A stretch of DNA of 64,000 nt from Macrostomum lignano (lineage: Eukaryota). Shown here in pieces: positions 46,416-60,598 of the stretch (positions within the stretch are counted from its first letter, which is position 1; the number at the start of each line of letters is the position of its first letter). The stretch is from positions 62,001 through 126,000 of the forward strand of contig NIVC01001210.1 of NCBI GenBank assembly GCA_002269645.1. Direction: 5' to 3'. The notes below the pieces were generated by a model. That model was given only the letters and a program-made list of their open reading frames with translations. It had not been told where the DNA came from and ran no database searches. The position numbers and the translations under genes are program-made.

Positions 46416-48399
46416 TCCGGAAGAGGCAGTCAAAAACCAATGCAGATTGAGTCCACATTAGTATTTGCTCCAAGACACAGCCATGCAAAATAAGTACGAA
46501 AGGCATGGGTGCAGACAGATTAAAAAGGAACACGGAAAAGAAACTTGAGCCTTAAATATACGATCGTTTCCATGGCAACCAGAGAACTTAAGAGAGAGAG
46601 ATTGAGAGAGACAGAGACAGTAACTGCGAGTGCTCATAAAAAGCTCTTGAAAGCTAAACCTAACAAAAGTGGGCATTGTGTTCTTTTTAGCTTGGAACAG
46701 TCCGCGATAGCGTGCTTAATCCTTCCTAAAATTTCGGCTTGAGGAGCGCAGCCTGTTGCTAAAAATAGCAACACTTTATTCAATTAAATTCTTTTTTCTT
46801 GAAAAGTTGAAAAATAATTCAGAGCTCACGCGCTACATGCTACTCAGTAGATTCAGTCAGTAGGATGTCTAGCATATTGTATTTACAGTTAGATTCCTCT
46901 CGATTGATCCTGCCAAAACAATCGCTAATGGATTGGAGGTGGCAATTCAATTTCTGTCTGACCGAGTGCGGGGGTCTGTGGGAATCAACTTTGCCCGTAG
47001 GTCAGGCATTGACAGACCCCCATCTTGTTTCCCAATCGACCTCAATTCCCCATCTGCTCTCCTGGCCAAGAACTCCGGCAAAGATGGAGCGAGCGACTGA
47101 CATGCAGTTTGGCTCATAATTAGATTCTCCCCCAACTCATTGCTTGCTGTGTCTCCGAGCTGTGCAAACGCGGCTGGACGTTGACTCAACCAAATTCTGT
47201 TGACGGCGAACTGCATGATGAACCTTTCTAGGAAACCTTAAGGCAAAGAGAATTTTCAATTCAAAAACTTAATCAATCCGTTATGATGAGCTCTTTCTAC
47301 GGGAGAACCCTTCTAACTTAAATTACAAGCTTTTTCTCATTGGGAGCAGGCCATGTGTTTTTAGATGCCCGCGTCACTATAAGGACTGCAGAGGACACCA
47401 TGGCTCTAATAGGTTCTGTCGGTGGACCTCTTAGAGACCGGAAACTGATCCTAGACTGGTTTCAAATTTTAAAAGGTTCGAATGTATTACCTATGAAGGT
47501 CTCTTGTGATGAAGCTGTACTAAAAAACGGGTCAACTTCAACTCCAGGTCTTTAGGCGACCCCCGCTAAATGACTGATGTTGTAAAACCGTTAGGCTTAC
47601 GATTAAAAAGATCACAATTGCAGGTCAGACGCTTCTATTGGATAGAACCTGCTAGAGTGCTCCCACAGTTAAATTCATATCGAACGGAAGTAAGCAGTTA
47701 TAAACTCGAGCTTGCCATCTCACGATCAGTCCATCAAAAATTCCCTCATCTTTGCCGCCATTGTGTCCAGACTCAAACAGGAGTGAGTACAGTATTTGCT
47801 CACTGAGAAATTCGAAATGCTGGGGCTGAGCAAACAATTAAAACTAATGAGAGCTTCCGGTGTGTGGCGGCAGAGAAATTTGGGAAATTGCGGCAGTTAT
47901 ACAGGCACTGGGCGGGCAGAGTTTAATGGACAATTTGAGTAGAACTAGAGATCCCGAATCCGGGTAAGCCGCTTGTTTCACATAATTGCTGCCCCAATTT
48001 TTATCTGTGCTCAGCATCCCCCGAGCTTTCAAACCCCCTCCATCCCAGCCCATCCTCAGCCCCGCAGCTGCCCCTCCGCCCGGCTTCATGACAAATGGAT
48101 TTTTGAGGAGCTTTGAGGAGCGCCCGGTGAGTGAAGAGGGGGGAGGGTGGGTTCGGCAACAGAGCCTTGGAAATGCATTGGGACGGTTGAACTGTTTGGG
48201 GAACCATTTTCCCCATGATGAAGCTGCTCAATAGCTTCAGTCTCAATGTGCTCCATCACACTTAATAGTCGTTTGGACTTCTGGTCTATAAATGGATATG
48301 AAATTGAGGGGGATAAATTTATTGTTGGGAATCGGCTTTAATGCTTTATTTCAGTGCTTTTCTGAAATATTCTGAGAGCAATATGATTGTCAGAAAAAT

Positions 48400-50182
48400 G
48401 ACAGACAGACACTAAAATAGACAGGCATACATTAAAATAGACAGGCAGACGGACACAAGTCACATGGACATAAGACACTAAGACTCAAAGACACAGGCAC
48501 TAAGACAATAAGACACTAAGACACAGACAATAAGACAATAAGACAATAAGACAACAAGACACTAAGACAACAAGACACTAAGACACAGACAATAAGACAC
48601 TAAGACACTATGACAATAAAACACTAAGACACTAAGACAATAAGACACTAAGACACAGACAATAAGACACTAAGACACAGACAATAAGACACTAAGACAC
48701 TATGACAATAATACACTAAGACACAGACAATAATACACTAAGACACAGACAATAATACACTAAGACACTATGACAATAAAACACTAAGACACAGACAATA
48801 AGACACTAAGACACTATGACAATAAAACACTAAGACACAGACAATAAGACACTAAGACACTATGACAATAATACACTAAGACACTATGACAATAAGACAC
48901 TAAGACACTATGACAATAATACACTAAGACACTAAGACAATAAGACACTAAGACACAGACAATAATACACTAAGACACTATGACAATAAGACACAAAGAC
49001 ACAGACAATAAGACACTAAGACACTATGACAATAATACACTAAGACACAGACAATAAGACACTAAGACACAGACAATAATACACTAAGACACTATGACAA
49101 TAATACACTAAGACACAGACAATAAGACACTAAGACACAGACAATAATACACAAAGACACAGACAATAAGACACTCAGACACTAAGACAATAAAACACTC
49201 AGACAATAAGACAATAAGACAACAAGACACTAAGACAACAAGACACTAAGACACAGACAATAAGACACTAAGACACAGACAATAATACACTAAGACACTA
49301 TGACAATAATACACTAAGACACAGACAATAAGACACTAAGACACAGACTATAAAACACTAAGACACAGACAATAAGACACTAAGACACAGACAATAAAAC
49401 ACTAAGACACAGACAATAAGACACTAAGACACAGACAATAAGACACTAAGACACAGACAATAAGACACTAAGACACTATGACAATAATACACTAAGACAC
49501 AGACAATAATACACTAAGACACAGACAATAAGACACTAAGACACAGACAATAAGACACTAAGACACAGACAATAATACACTAAGACACTATGACAATAAG
49601 ACACAAAGACACAGACAATAAGACACTAAGACACAGACAATAATACACTAAGACACAGACAATAAGACACTAAGACACAGACAATAATACACTAAGACAC
49701 TATGACAATAATACACTAAGACACAGACAATAAGACACTAAGACACAGACAATAATACACTAAGACACAGACAATAAGACACTCAGACACTAAGACAATA
49801 AAACACTCAGACACTAAGACAATAAAACACTAAGACACAGACAATAAGACACTAAGACACAGACAATAAGACACTAAGACACAGACAATAAAACACTAAG
49901 ACACAGACAATAAGACACTAAGACACAGACAATAAGACACTAAGACACAGACAATAAGACACTAAGACACAGACAATAATACACTAAGACACAGACAATA
50001 ATACACTAAGACACAGACAATAAGACACTAAGACACAGACAATAAGACACTAAGACACAGACAATAAAACACCAAGACACAGACAATAATACACTAAGAC
50101 ACAGACAATAAGACACTAAGACACAGACAATAATACACTAAGACACAGACAATAATACACTAAGACACAGGCACTAAGACCT
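48400..50182 (+). repeat. About 1.75-kb compound satellite built from AGACACT/AGACAC/AGACAATA blocks
   Basis: Dominant unit AGACACTAAGACACAGACAATA (22 bp) with shuffled sub-blocks. Confidence 0.97.
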
Positions 50183-51157
50183 AATGAAACGAAGCACCAG
50201 TTCTGACTTTGACAATGACGTCGCCAGACGGTTTCTACAACCGACCCAGCTATCCGGTCGATGCCAGTCCATTGTCATCAACAACCGGGCCGCAGCCACG
50301 GCTAATTGGATCCATAATGTTCAGACGGCCAGAAGCAAAGATCACAGCAGACCATCGGTTACTTAGCCGTTCCATCCGAGCTCGATTGGTCCCCGGCCAG
50401 GAACAGGCAAAGCGACTTTTCCGCCATGTCGCGGCGCCCGTGTTCAGCCCGGCCGGGCTATTGAACGCTAATTAAAAGCCGCAGATCTGCCTGACTGGCA
50501 GGAGGCCGGTGGTGGGGGGTTGGTCTGGCTGGCGGACAAACGATTGCCGGAAATGAAACGGCACCCGGCACAGAAACATTCAGCCAGACAGACAGGCGGA
50601 CAGATAGATGGATAGAGGAGGCGAATCAGCGATGGAGAAAGAAATGGGCCCGCCAGATGCCAGCAGAGCCACATGCGGAACACAAACACCATGGGGGGCT
50701 GGGGTGCTTATCCTTCCGTTCAGGTGGGCCGCTGGGATTCCCAGTGCAGCTTTCTCTTTTCTCTCCAACTCTGCGCGGCCCGAAAATGCCCAGCGGATGA
50801 TGAGATGGCGCAGCGAAGTGTCCCACCGCAGCTGCTGATGATGCATGCATCGGTGTGGACAAGTGGGATAATTGGGTGGTGGGGTAGGGTGATTCCGGTG
50901 CCGGCTTGGAGGGACAACAGTTGATTGGCAGGTCCAAGAGCTGCCAGTTGGAGCAAATTTTGAGTGGGACATTTTCAGCCTTTTAAGGTAGATGCTGGTA
51001 AATCTAAAGTTTTGAATAGCTTTTATTTCAAGCCAGCTGGCAGATTTTCTTGTGTCAGATTGTTGGAAAATTGCAGAATTGAGGCTTCAATCCTCGCCCT
51101 GATGCTGCACCACGGTAGCAGACAGGGTTGGGTGAGCGTTGGTTCAGTCACTTCCGA

Positions 51158-51580
51158 GTACCGAGCAGTCTAACCCAGGGGTGACCGATTACCGAGCAGT
51201 CTAACCCAGGGGTGACCGAGTACCGAGCAGTCTAACCCAGGGGTGACCGAGTACCGAGTACCGAGCAGTCTAACCCAGGGGTGACCGATTACCGAGCAGT
51301 CTAACCCAGGGGTGACCGAGTACCGAGTACCGAGCAGTCTAACCCAGGGGTGACCGATTACCGAGCAGTCTAACCCAGGGGTGACCGAGTACCGAGCAGT
51401 CTAACCCAGGGGTGACCGAGTACCGAGTACCGAGCAGTCTAACCCAGGGGTGACCGATTACCGAGCAGTCTAACCCAGGGGTGACCGAGTACCGAGCAGT
51501 CTAACCCAGGGGTGACCGATTACCGAGCAGTCTAACCCAGGGGTGACCGAGTACCGAGTACCGAGTACTGAGTACCGAGC
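51158..51580 (+). repeat. 31-bp minisatellite with 7-nt TACCGAG expansions
   Basis: Unit TACCGAGCAGTCTAACCCAGGGGTGACCGA(G/T), about 11-12 copies. Confidence 0.95.
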
Positions 51581-53799
51581 TATGAGCTATGCTGCTTGTT
51601 TTTTAATCTTCAACTTCACGGGAAAAATCACTTTTTGAAATTAGATTTCCTGCCTTTTCTAGAGATAAAATCATGAATATATTTCTTTCAAAGTCTCAAT
51701 AATCCTGTCGACATCAAAACTTGACATTGTTGGTTATAATTACTGGCCTAATGCTCGTCGAAACTCCATTATAATCGAGCACCGAGTACTCGCCCAGCCC
51801 TAGAAATTTGCCAAAATTTGCGTTGGTAAAACGAATGGTTTGATGAATGATTAGGAGGCTTTGTACTCAACAGTTGCGTCAATCCAGACTTGCTGACCCT
51901 GCTGAGCAAACTCACATAAACTCGATTTCACGGCTGGCCGAGGGTCAATTCGTGCCAGTCAAAGTACCCGAATTCTTGAAAAAAGATGGTCTTGCCATTT
52001 TGTTATAGGTGAATTTTCCGGACGACAGCTATCCAAATAAACAATCACGAATAAATTGTACCAAATTTACACGCATTTTTAAGCTGCATGCTAGTACATG
52101 TGTATGTTACCTATTCTGCAGGATGAGTGCGGAATCGAACTCAGGACCTTTTGGCGCGAGAGCCAGACGCATTAAAGCTTCGCAGCTCATCCCAGTAGGT
52201 AAATTGGACTTGGATTTCTGTTAAAGTAGATTTATTTGGCCAGAAGTGATTGAAAATGAGCTTTTTGCATTAGAGCTGTTAGAGCCGTAAAACGGTGAGG
52301 ATTTCCCATTCGAACCACATCTTTCGGTCTATTCTTATCTCCTGTTTCTCTCAAATTGCAATGAAGGTACTGTGCAAGAAGGGAAGAGTCCATTTGGTTC
52401 ATTAATTACCGGTCCCTTTACGAAGGGCCGAGGCGGGCAGTGGGAAGGCGACGGGTCGGGCGCGGGGCAGCGAGAGGGGATTTTCTCCCTCACAGATTTC
52501 GCGCTGCGTTTGTTGGCACGCTGAGTCAGACACACTAACACGCATCCCTCAGCGTCTCGCACAATGATCTCTACCCTGCTGCTCCCCTGATTGACAAGAT
52601 ATTGGGCAGGGCTGAGACACACCAGGATTTTTTGGGGATGTATAGCCAGCCATACATGCAGTCCCAGGCGAGGTTCTCGTTGGCAATCTCATTACTCGTA
52701 CAGTGTATTCCTGTGGGCCGTCGGAGCAGTATCTGGACCACCTACGCCCCTTCATTCTTAGCTCACAATTCGTTTTGTACGACCCATGCTACTATACCGG
52801 TATGAAGATCTCATATACAAGCTTATCAATGCGAATACAGTTCTGTGCTTACCCATACTTAAGTACTTTCTGCGGTAAAGAAATCCTTCGTCGATATAGA
52901 TGGCGCGGAGGACTTGCATTGAGACATACAGTAGCATTCGGTTCGCTCGCTATCGCCCGTGTTTGTCTCTGTTCATCAGAGCCAATAGTTTCGAAAGCAG
53001 CGAAAGCCGGGACTCAGAGAGGCTCTAATGAATAGAAAATAGAAAGAGAGAGAGGGAGGAGAAGGAAAGGCCGTGCTTGAGCCGGAGAATCAGCGGCAGG
53101 CGGGGCGCTGTCCCACGGGAAATTATAAAATTGTCTCAGCCCAGAGTCCTAAACCAAAGCGCATAGCGGTGAGCACCTCGTCATGAGCATGCATCGGAAG
53201 ACGGCTGCTGCTGTTCTCAAGCGCCTCTCTGACGCGAATGTGGATGGCAAACCTCGACATGCGGAGCAGATGATTTCAGTCTGAAGTGCTGATTTCGTCT
53301 AACTGAGTGATTCTGAAAAGGCTTTCAATCCTCGGTGGGACCTGCTGAGGTTATCAAAATCACGTGTTCCACGGACATAGAGCTGAGCAAACTCAGTCAC
53401 TCAAACCAGTAGCTGTCAAGTTCAGATGAGGAAACTCGCATGTTGATCGTCAATATGATTTTTGAAGCTATTCATTCTTCCATTTTGTGTCTTGTTCCCA
53501 CGAGTAGCAGTGCACTTGACTTGTGGTGTGCGGTCGATGCAGCGTTTTAAGTACTTTTATAATTAAATAGCAAACACATGATATTTTGCTGTTACATCTT
53601 GCTCTTTGAATCTTGCTCTTGCACACAGAATTAAATCAAGAGAACCACGAAAACGAATGTCTGACTCCCAAGGTCCAATATTTCTGCAAATATAAGTATA
53701 ACAGATATTAAATCCAAGAGACAGAATTTGTGGTGGCTGGCCCAGATGACCCTTCGTTTTGGTCTTAAGGAGAGAGAAAAATTGGGAAAATAATGAATC

Positions 53800-54480
53800 T
53801 GGAGCCAGATAGGAAGATGTTGAGGTCACGGATGTTAATATTGGTTGAGAGTGTCGGCGGAATATGGTTCAAGAGGGACATTTTAACGGCCACCAGGGGA
53901 ATGATGATGCAGGACACTGCACAGCGCACAAGCATTTGCACTCGCAGCATCCTCTCGGACAGGCAGCAGCAGTTGTCTTCCCGCGGATCCGGGAGCTGAC
54001 GCGGGGCTTGGAAAAAGCACCAAGGTGCCGGAATTGGGTAACTAGCTTTTCAACTCCAACCAGTGGTCAAACTGTTCCCGACAAGGAAAACAATTCGAAA
54101 AGAGATATGCCCCGGAAGTTCATGACTTCGGGTCAAACTGGAGCAAGAAAGCACCGTCCGTACGACCCCTCGAACAAATTTGGAGTGAAAATGAGGCCTT
54201 GAAATCGCTTGAGCTTCGTGCTAAGCTTTAGACTGAGTTTTCCAAATCCTCAATTGATGGTGGGAGACTCTGCTCTGCAATATCAATGAAGCTGTTAGAG
54301 CAATAATGTTTGAGATGCAATTTCCATGTCCACAATTAAATCGATTGTAGTGCGACAGCTCATGTGGGTCAAGCAGCCGCACTGTTGACTCAGCTTTATG
54401 CGCTTGCCGCGAAATGTATGCAAACATGTAGGGTTGGCCAGTCCTAAAATGAAATCCCATCAAGGGATTTTGCAAAACCA
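53800..54480 (-). pseudogene. Possible highly degenerate non-LTR (LINE) reverse-transcriptase remnant
   Basis: Fragmentary minus-strand frames loosely resemble RT motifs in the expected order (MGFHFRTGQ; YMFAYI; NCISNIIAL; VEKLVTQFRHLGAF; SRIRGKTTAAA). No intact YADD motif was seen. Confidence 0.25.
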
Positions 54481-54756
54481 AAGCAAGCCGAGAGTAGACA
54501 ATCAGCTAGCCAAGGCCCAGCAGCCAATGGCAGCATCGCAAGGCCCCAGTCTGACTTTAGCAACCACTGCTATCCAGAGGCCACACACAACCTCCCCGAA
54601 ATTCCTCTACCCAACCTGCCCATCGTGACACTTCAAATTTCCGTTTTAAACTTAGATTCAAGTTTCTAGACTGCAGAGAAGCAAGGGAGTGATTACTCTA
54701 CAGGAAGATTCCCGCGACAAAGCCGGGAAGGGAAGCAAGCATAATAAAAGAAAACA

Positions 54757-57700
54757 ATGCATCAAGCGGCTTTAATTTCTGTTTTATTTTTTTTCATTGC
54801 TGTTTCGGCCGGCCAGCCACCCCAGACTGTGACGCTGGAGGTGGACGAGGAGACTCCAGTGAACCAAGTGATCGGAAACCTGAAAAGTCGGTTCAGCCTA
54901 CCGGATGGCAGTCGTTTCGGGATCAGCTTTCCGACGGAGGAAATCCGTCGCTTGTTTCAGCTAGACGCAGGTACCGGAGAGATTCGAACCCGCGATCGTC
55001 TGGACCGAGAAGTCCTGTGCTCGGGCAGCAAGCTGAATATTTGCGAGCGCAGATTTAACGCCGAGGTCCACCGGAGCGACAACAACGAGAACGAGATCTA
55101 TTCAGTCCACATCAACATCCGCGACGTGAATGACCGACGGCCGACCTTCCACCCGAAAGACAAGCCGTTCCGCATCAGCATCGCTGAGTCGGACAACCCG
55201 CCGAGCCACTACTCACTGCCAGCCGCAGAAGACTTGGACTCCACTGGGCACGACACTATCACATACAATCTGGAGTTCAGTGGCGAGGCCGGGCGATACT
55301 TCCGTCTGGTAACTGTGCCTCGTGGAGGCCGAACTGTTCCCAGGCTAGAGCTTCATCAATCTCTGGACCGAGAGACAAAAGGCTCTTACAAAATGGCGCT
55401 GGTAGCAGCCGACGCACAGTTCCCCGAGGAACAAGACCGTTCAGATATCCTGGTTCAGGTACTCGACGCCAATGACAATCGTCCAGAGTTTCGGCTCTCC
55501 AGCACAACGCTGATAGTTTCTGAGTGCAGTGAATTGCATAGGCCGCTACTGCAGCTTGATGCAACGGATGCAGATGAGGACAAGCGGCACAGATTCAGCA
55601 TTGCCAGCACAGCCAGCCCGGAGGTTGGTCGCTCATTCTACATCTCTGGCAATCAGCTAAAGCAGAATCGCTCGTTGGATTACGAAACCATGGGAGCCAA
55701 GGTTCTCTACGTTCCATTGGTAGTTAAGGATTTCGGAGGGCTCAAGTCAGAAACGGACATCGAAGTTCGCGTCTCAGATTGTAACGACAACTATCCGAAC
55801 GTGAGCATAAAATTAATTGACGCAACAGTACTCGAGAATGACTCTACAGACAAGCTGATCGCCCGAGTAAAGGTTCGAGATGAGGACGCAGGCGAGAACG
55901 GAACAGTTGATTGTTTGGTGGCCGAGCCGATGAATCGATATTTCGAGCTGACGCAAAGAATTTCCGACGGGCCACATCAAACATTTTATCAGCTACGTAA
56001 GTTGCATGGCACTCAGCTGGACAGGGAAGGCTCCGGTTCAGGGATTGAGAAAGGCAGCGACACCGTCCGTTTAGAGCTGGTTTGCCAGGACCGAGGCAAG
56101 CCAACGCCGCGAGAGACTCGACGCCCTGTTACGGTGCGTATAATAGACGAGAACGACAACCGACCCGAATTCGAGCTAAAAAGCTATCGTTTTCACATCC
56201 AAGAGAATCATCCAGAAGGCACCTTCGTTGGGCGAGTAGCTGCAAACGATCAGGATGCCGGCGAAAACAGCCGGCTCAGCTTCCGACTGGACGCGATTGG
56301 TGAACAATTCTTCAGCCTCAACCCGCGACCGCCGTTTGCAGCTGAGTTGCACACTCGGCTGGCATTCGACCGTGAGACACGCGACACTTACGCGTTTGCG
56401 ATGACTGTCGAGGACAACGGGGCCAAGGTCCGACTGACTTCCACGGTGTCCGTGGAGGTCCTTATCGACGATGAGGATGATTCGGCACCGGTTTTCTCTC
56501 AGAAGGAGTACGCATTCCGAGTTATAGAAGACTTTGGCCAAAACAGCAGCGACAGAATGATTGGGATCGTGGAGGCCACGGACGCAGATGTTGGGTACAA
56601 CGGCGAAATACACTACGAAGTTGAGCGTCGGTCACAGCCAGGCGACGGCGTCTTCTTCCATTTCCGCGGAAACCGGCTCTACGCTCGGGGCAACCTGGAC
56701 AGGGAGAGGCGCGAAGTTGTCAATCTGGATTTGCTAGCACTGAACAGAGGTCCCAGGCAGCACAAGGGCGTGGCACACGCCAGTGTGACGCTTCTAGATG
56801 TGAACGACAACGCGCCCCAACTGGTTGGAACCAGACGCACCTACAACCTGTCTGATAGCAGCCCGGCTGGAACGGAGGTTGGACATGATAGTAGATGGTT
56901 TCTAAGCAGAATATTTTTATTGCGTTCAGCTCTCAATCTGGATGCGTATTAGTATGATTACAGTAATTTTTAGCAGTAGTTAAAAGTTCAGCCATATCCT
57001 CCTTAACAGGTACTGCGCTTAGCCAGCGTTGACCGCGATGCGGGAGAGAACGGCTCGGTGACTTACAGATTAGTGGGTCCGGACTACGGCCACTTCAGCG
57101 TCGATTCTACGCATGGCATTGTAACGCTGACCAACGGTCTGCTCAAATTGCCACCGCAACCGCTGCAGACGGATCTAAACCAGCCGCATCAACCACCTGG
57201 TTCAGACAGGTTCTTCCGGCTGGTCGTTCGAGCTACTGATCGAGGCCGGCCTTCAATGAGCAGTCCTGAGGAGAGCCTCTTTGTCAGCGTTCTCTCTGGC
57301 AAGCTGTTCAACCAAGGCGGGGACAGAACGGGAAGCGACGGGGATAGCGGTCGCGCCGGGAGCAGCGATCGCTCGCGAAAAACAGCTGGAGACGCGGACA
57401 AACACTTCTTTATCTTGCTTTGCCTGGCAGCTGTGGTCTTCGTTATCTTCCTGCTGTTGTTAGCAGTTCTCATTTACGTTCATCGGAAGGGTAAGTCCAG
57501 TTTATTTAGATGAATTTCCATCATCCCTACTCCATTGATGATTTTTTCTGTCTTATTGCTCGTCGACTTTCTCCAAACCTTTCATGTAGGCGGTAGTGGA
57601 TCAGCAACCCGAGAAAGTCATGGCGTCTGGTACGACAAGGCAAATGCTGATGCGGTAAGTTAGAGCAATACTACGCTCGTACAAGATTTGTGAGTGCTTT

Positions 57701-59037
57701 TCTGAACTGATAACTATAAGTAAATATGAGTCATTAGCATCATCAGTGAAATATAAAAATCTTGTTTAGAAAATGAATTCTTTAATCGTAAAAAATTCGA
57801 CACCTGCCCTCGTAACCATCGAAATCCACTCCCGCAACCACCAGAATTCACTCCTGCAACCACCAGAATTCACTCCTGCAACCACCAGAATTCACTCCCG
57901 CAACCACCAGAATTCACTCCTGCAACCACCAGAATTCACTCCTGCAACCACCAGAATTCACTCCTGCAACCACCAGAATTCACTCCTGCAACCACCAGAA
58001 TTCACTCCTGCAACCACCAGAATTCACTCCTGCAACCACCAGAATTCACTCCCGCAACCACCAGAATTCACTCCCGCAACCACCAGAATTCACTCCTGCA
58101 ACCACCAGAATTCACTCCTGCAACCACCAGAATTCACTCCTGCAACCACCAGAATTCACTCCTGCAACCACCAGAATTCACTCCTGCAACCACCAGAATT
58201 CACTCCCGCAACCACCAGAATTCACTCCTGCAACCACCAGAATTCACTCCCGCAACCACCAGAATTCACTCCTGCAACCACCAGAATTCACTCCCGCAAC
58301 CACCAGAATTCACTCCTGCAACCACCAGAATTCACTCCCGCAACCACCAAAATTCACTCCAGCAACCGCTACTCAGCCAGTAAAAACTCTACCCTAATTG
58401 ACGTCCCCAAGTGAAACCGAACTCCAAACATCTTTAGGCCGACGACGCTGCTGACTGCAGCGAGTTTCGCTTCCCAGACATCGTCAAAGCTGTTGGATCC
58501 GACGTGTCGCCGCTGCCACCACCGTCGCCGCCGCCGGCGCTGCCATCTCACAGCTGCCGTTCCGGTGGCTCGGCCACTCTAGTTATTGACAACGCCAGGG
58601 CGCGCAGCCCAGGTCGCATGCTGCGCGACAAGTTCCCAAGCTTCGGCTACCTCGCCGACTACCCGTCAAGCGAACAGGCCTCAGGTAGTCAGCAGGCGCA
58701 GCAGCAGAAGCATCAACGCCGGCACCAGTTCCAGATGCTCACCATGCGCAGCTGCAACGGCTACGAGTCGTTCCAGCAGCAGCAGCCTCGCCCACCCAGA
58801 GGCCGAGGCCTCGGCTCCGACAGGTTGCCGCGTAAAGTCTACGGCGCAAGCGAAGGCAGCGACGTCCTGGACGACGCGGGAGTGCACGGCGCCGCAGTTC
58901 GGGAAAATCGGTACGCCGGACTGAGCGAAGGAGCGCTGCCCGATCCGAAAGCCGGATATGCCGTGCTGACGGGCGCAGAGCTGGTGGTCAATCCAGCAGT
59001 GTGCAGGACGCCCTACATGACGTCGAGCTTTGTCTGA
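54757..59037 (+). CDS. Protocadherin, 7 cadherin repeats + TM + cytoplasmic tail; 4 exons, about 1088 aa
   Basis: Exons: 54757-56877, 57010-57490, 57590-57654, 58438-59037; GT-AG with consistent phases. Signal peptide present. EC1 has DREVLC...C. DxNDxxP-type linkers: DVNDRRP, DANDNRP, DCNDNYP, DENDNRP, DEDDSAP, DVNDNAP. TM segment FFILLCLAAVVFVIFLLLLAVLIYV. C-terminus ...TSSFV. Confidence 0.93.
57826..58362 (+). repeat. 22-bp minisatellite, about 24 copies, protocadherin intron 3
   Basis: Unit CAACCACCAGAATTCACTCC(T/C)G. Confidence 0.97.
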
Positions 59038-60598
59038 CTCAGAGTCGGCCAAGGAAGCATTGCTCTCAGTTGCCAAGACAGTTTTTAGACGAATTCTTAG
59101 CTCATAATTCAGACCTATTTACAGAAACATGATACAAAACTGTAAAATCATCTTCTTGCAAAATTCTAAATGGATCAATCATTCTATGAGTTGTCTTTTC
59201 TACGTAATAAATCATTTTTGTGACCCCTTAGTGTACAATTTGTACACAAATCAAAGCCGAATGTATAATTTGCGGCAACATCCTGGGTGAAAAATACCAC
59301 TAAATATAGCTCATTCAAGAGTACTTTTATAAAATTGAGTTCGCTTAAAATGGATTTCTAGTGCTCTCAGCAACAGAAATCTTTTAACCATTGCATTCCA
59401 CTCCAGGTCACCTTACATGTACATGTATTGCTATCTATCGCGATCCACTCCTTCGGCGATAGGCCTATCGCAGTGCAAGAGAACGGATCTGATGACTGCC
59501 AAAACACCCATCATATGCGCTGCATTCATGCTTGTCCTGTCTACAATCAGTCCGAATCGAGATAGTAACCAGATTTACTTCCACCTAGCCTTTGAACTGT
59601 ATTTCACATTTGTTACCTGTTTGCATTAGCTCGGCTCTCTAGGCGAGGAGTTCAGATGAGCATCGGGAAAATGCGTTTGATCGATTTTTGTTTGTCGCAT
59701 CCCGCCCGCTTTGAGGGCCTCTCCAAAAGCTTTTCCAAAGCGAGTCGGTTGAGAGTCTATTGAGCTGTGTTAGAAGCCGCTGCTGTAACTTAACGGGTTC
59801 ATTGTTTGAGCTGCGCACATTCAGCAGGTAATTCACAGGTGTGAATAGCGTGATTAGCCGCTTGGCTAAAGTCTGGGGGGGGGGGTTATAGTTGGCTTCC
59901 GCGTGTTGGAACAGCAAGCAGGGAAGCTGATTGACAATTCATACGGGAGGTGTCCACTTTGGCAGGCGCTGGGGTACCGCAGCTGCCCCGCCCAGAATGG
60001 AGAGAGAGAGAGAGAAACTGGGCTCCTCATTTCTGCGACGACCTCAGCAGCCTGCCTGGCCCCAATCCGCATCCCAAGCACTACACAACCCCCCCCCAGT
60101 TCCAAACAGCTGCAGCTCTTCACTCAGCCTGGCCAGTCAAATGCGCTAGTTGACGAGAAAAATTAACTGCATTGCCAGCTTCCTCGACTCCAGCAGCACC
60201 GCGCTCTGCTGCCTCACTGCGCAGAACCCCTCCCCCCCCCACACGCACGCGCGGATGCCGAGAGACAATTGATGAGGAGAGCAGTGCTGAAAATCCGCTT
60301 TGAGGCCTCCCTGTTTAGCCCCCTTTCTCTGGGCCAATTCACGAAAGCGCTGAATTTTCACACTTTTCACAAAAGACTGACTGTGGCGGGCCCGTCATTC
60401 AAACAGCAGTTTAGCATGCAAGGCGCGCGAGAACAATGAAGAGTGACAGGTGACAAGTTAACTGAAAAGTCAAAAGCTAAAATAAAAACCGTTACAATTT
60501 CAACAGTCCCCAAGGCTTAGTGATTTTACTTGGTTTCGAAGTCAAATTCCGTTCTTTTTTATCGGGTCGACTGGCAGATAGTAGAAAACTGCTTTATA

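Noticed and set aside
47340-47760. Possible CR1/L2 LINE 3' remnant (LRDRKLILDWFQILKG...)
   Set aside because: The resemblance to RRLRGDLIxxFKILKG is too weak to support without a profile search.
50184-50972. GC-rich stretch with many short overlapping ORFs
   Set aside because: No frame shows a recognisable domain, consistent splice sites or clear codon bias; left unassigned.
57773-58414. 213-aa Pro/Thr-rich ORF resembling a mucin stalk
   Set aside because: It is the 22-bp array inside protocadherin intron 3; the flanking exons join in phase without it.
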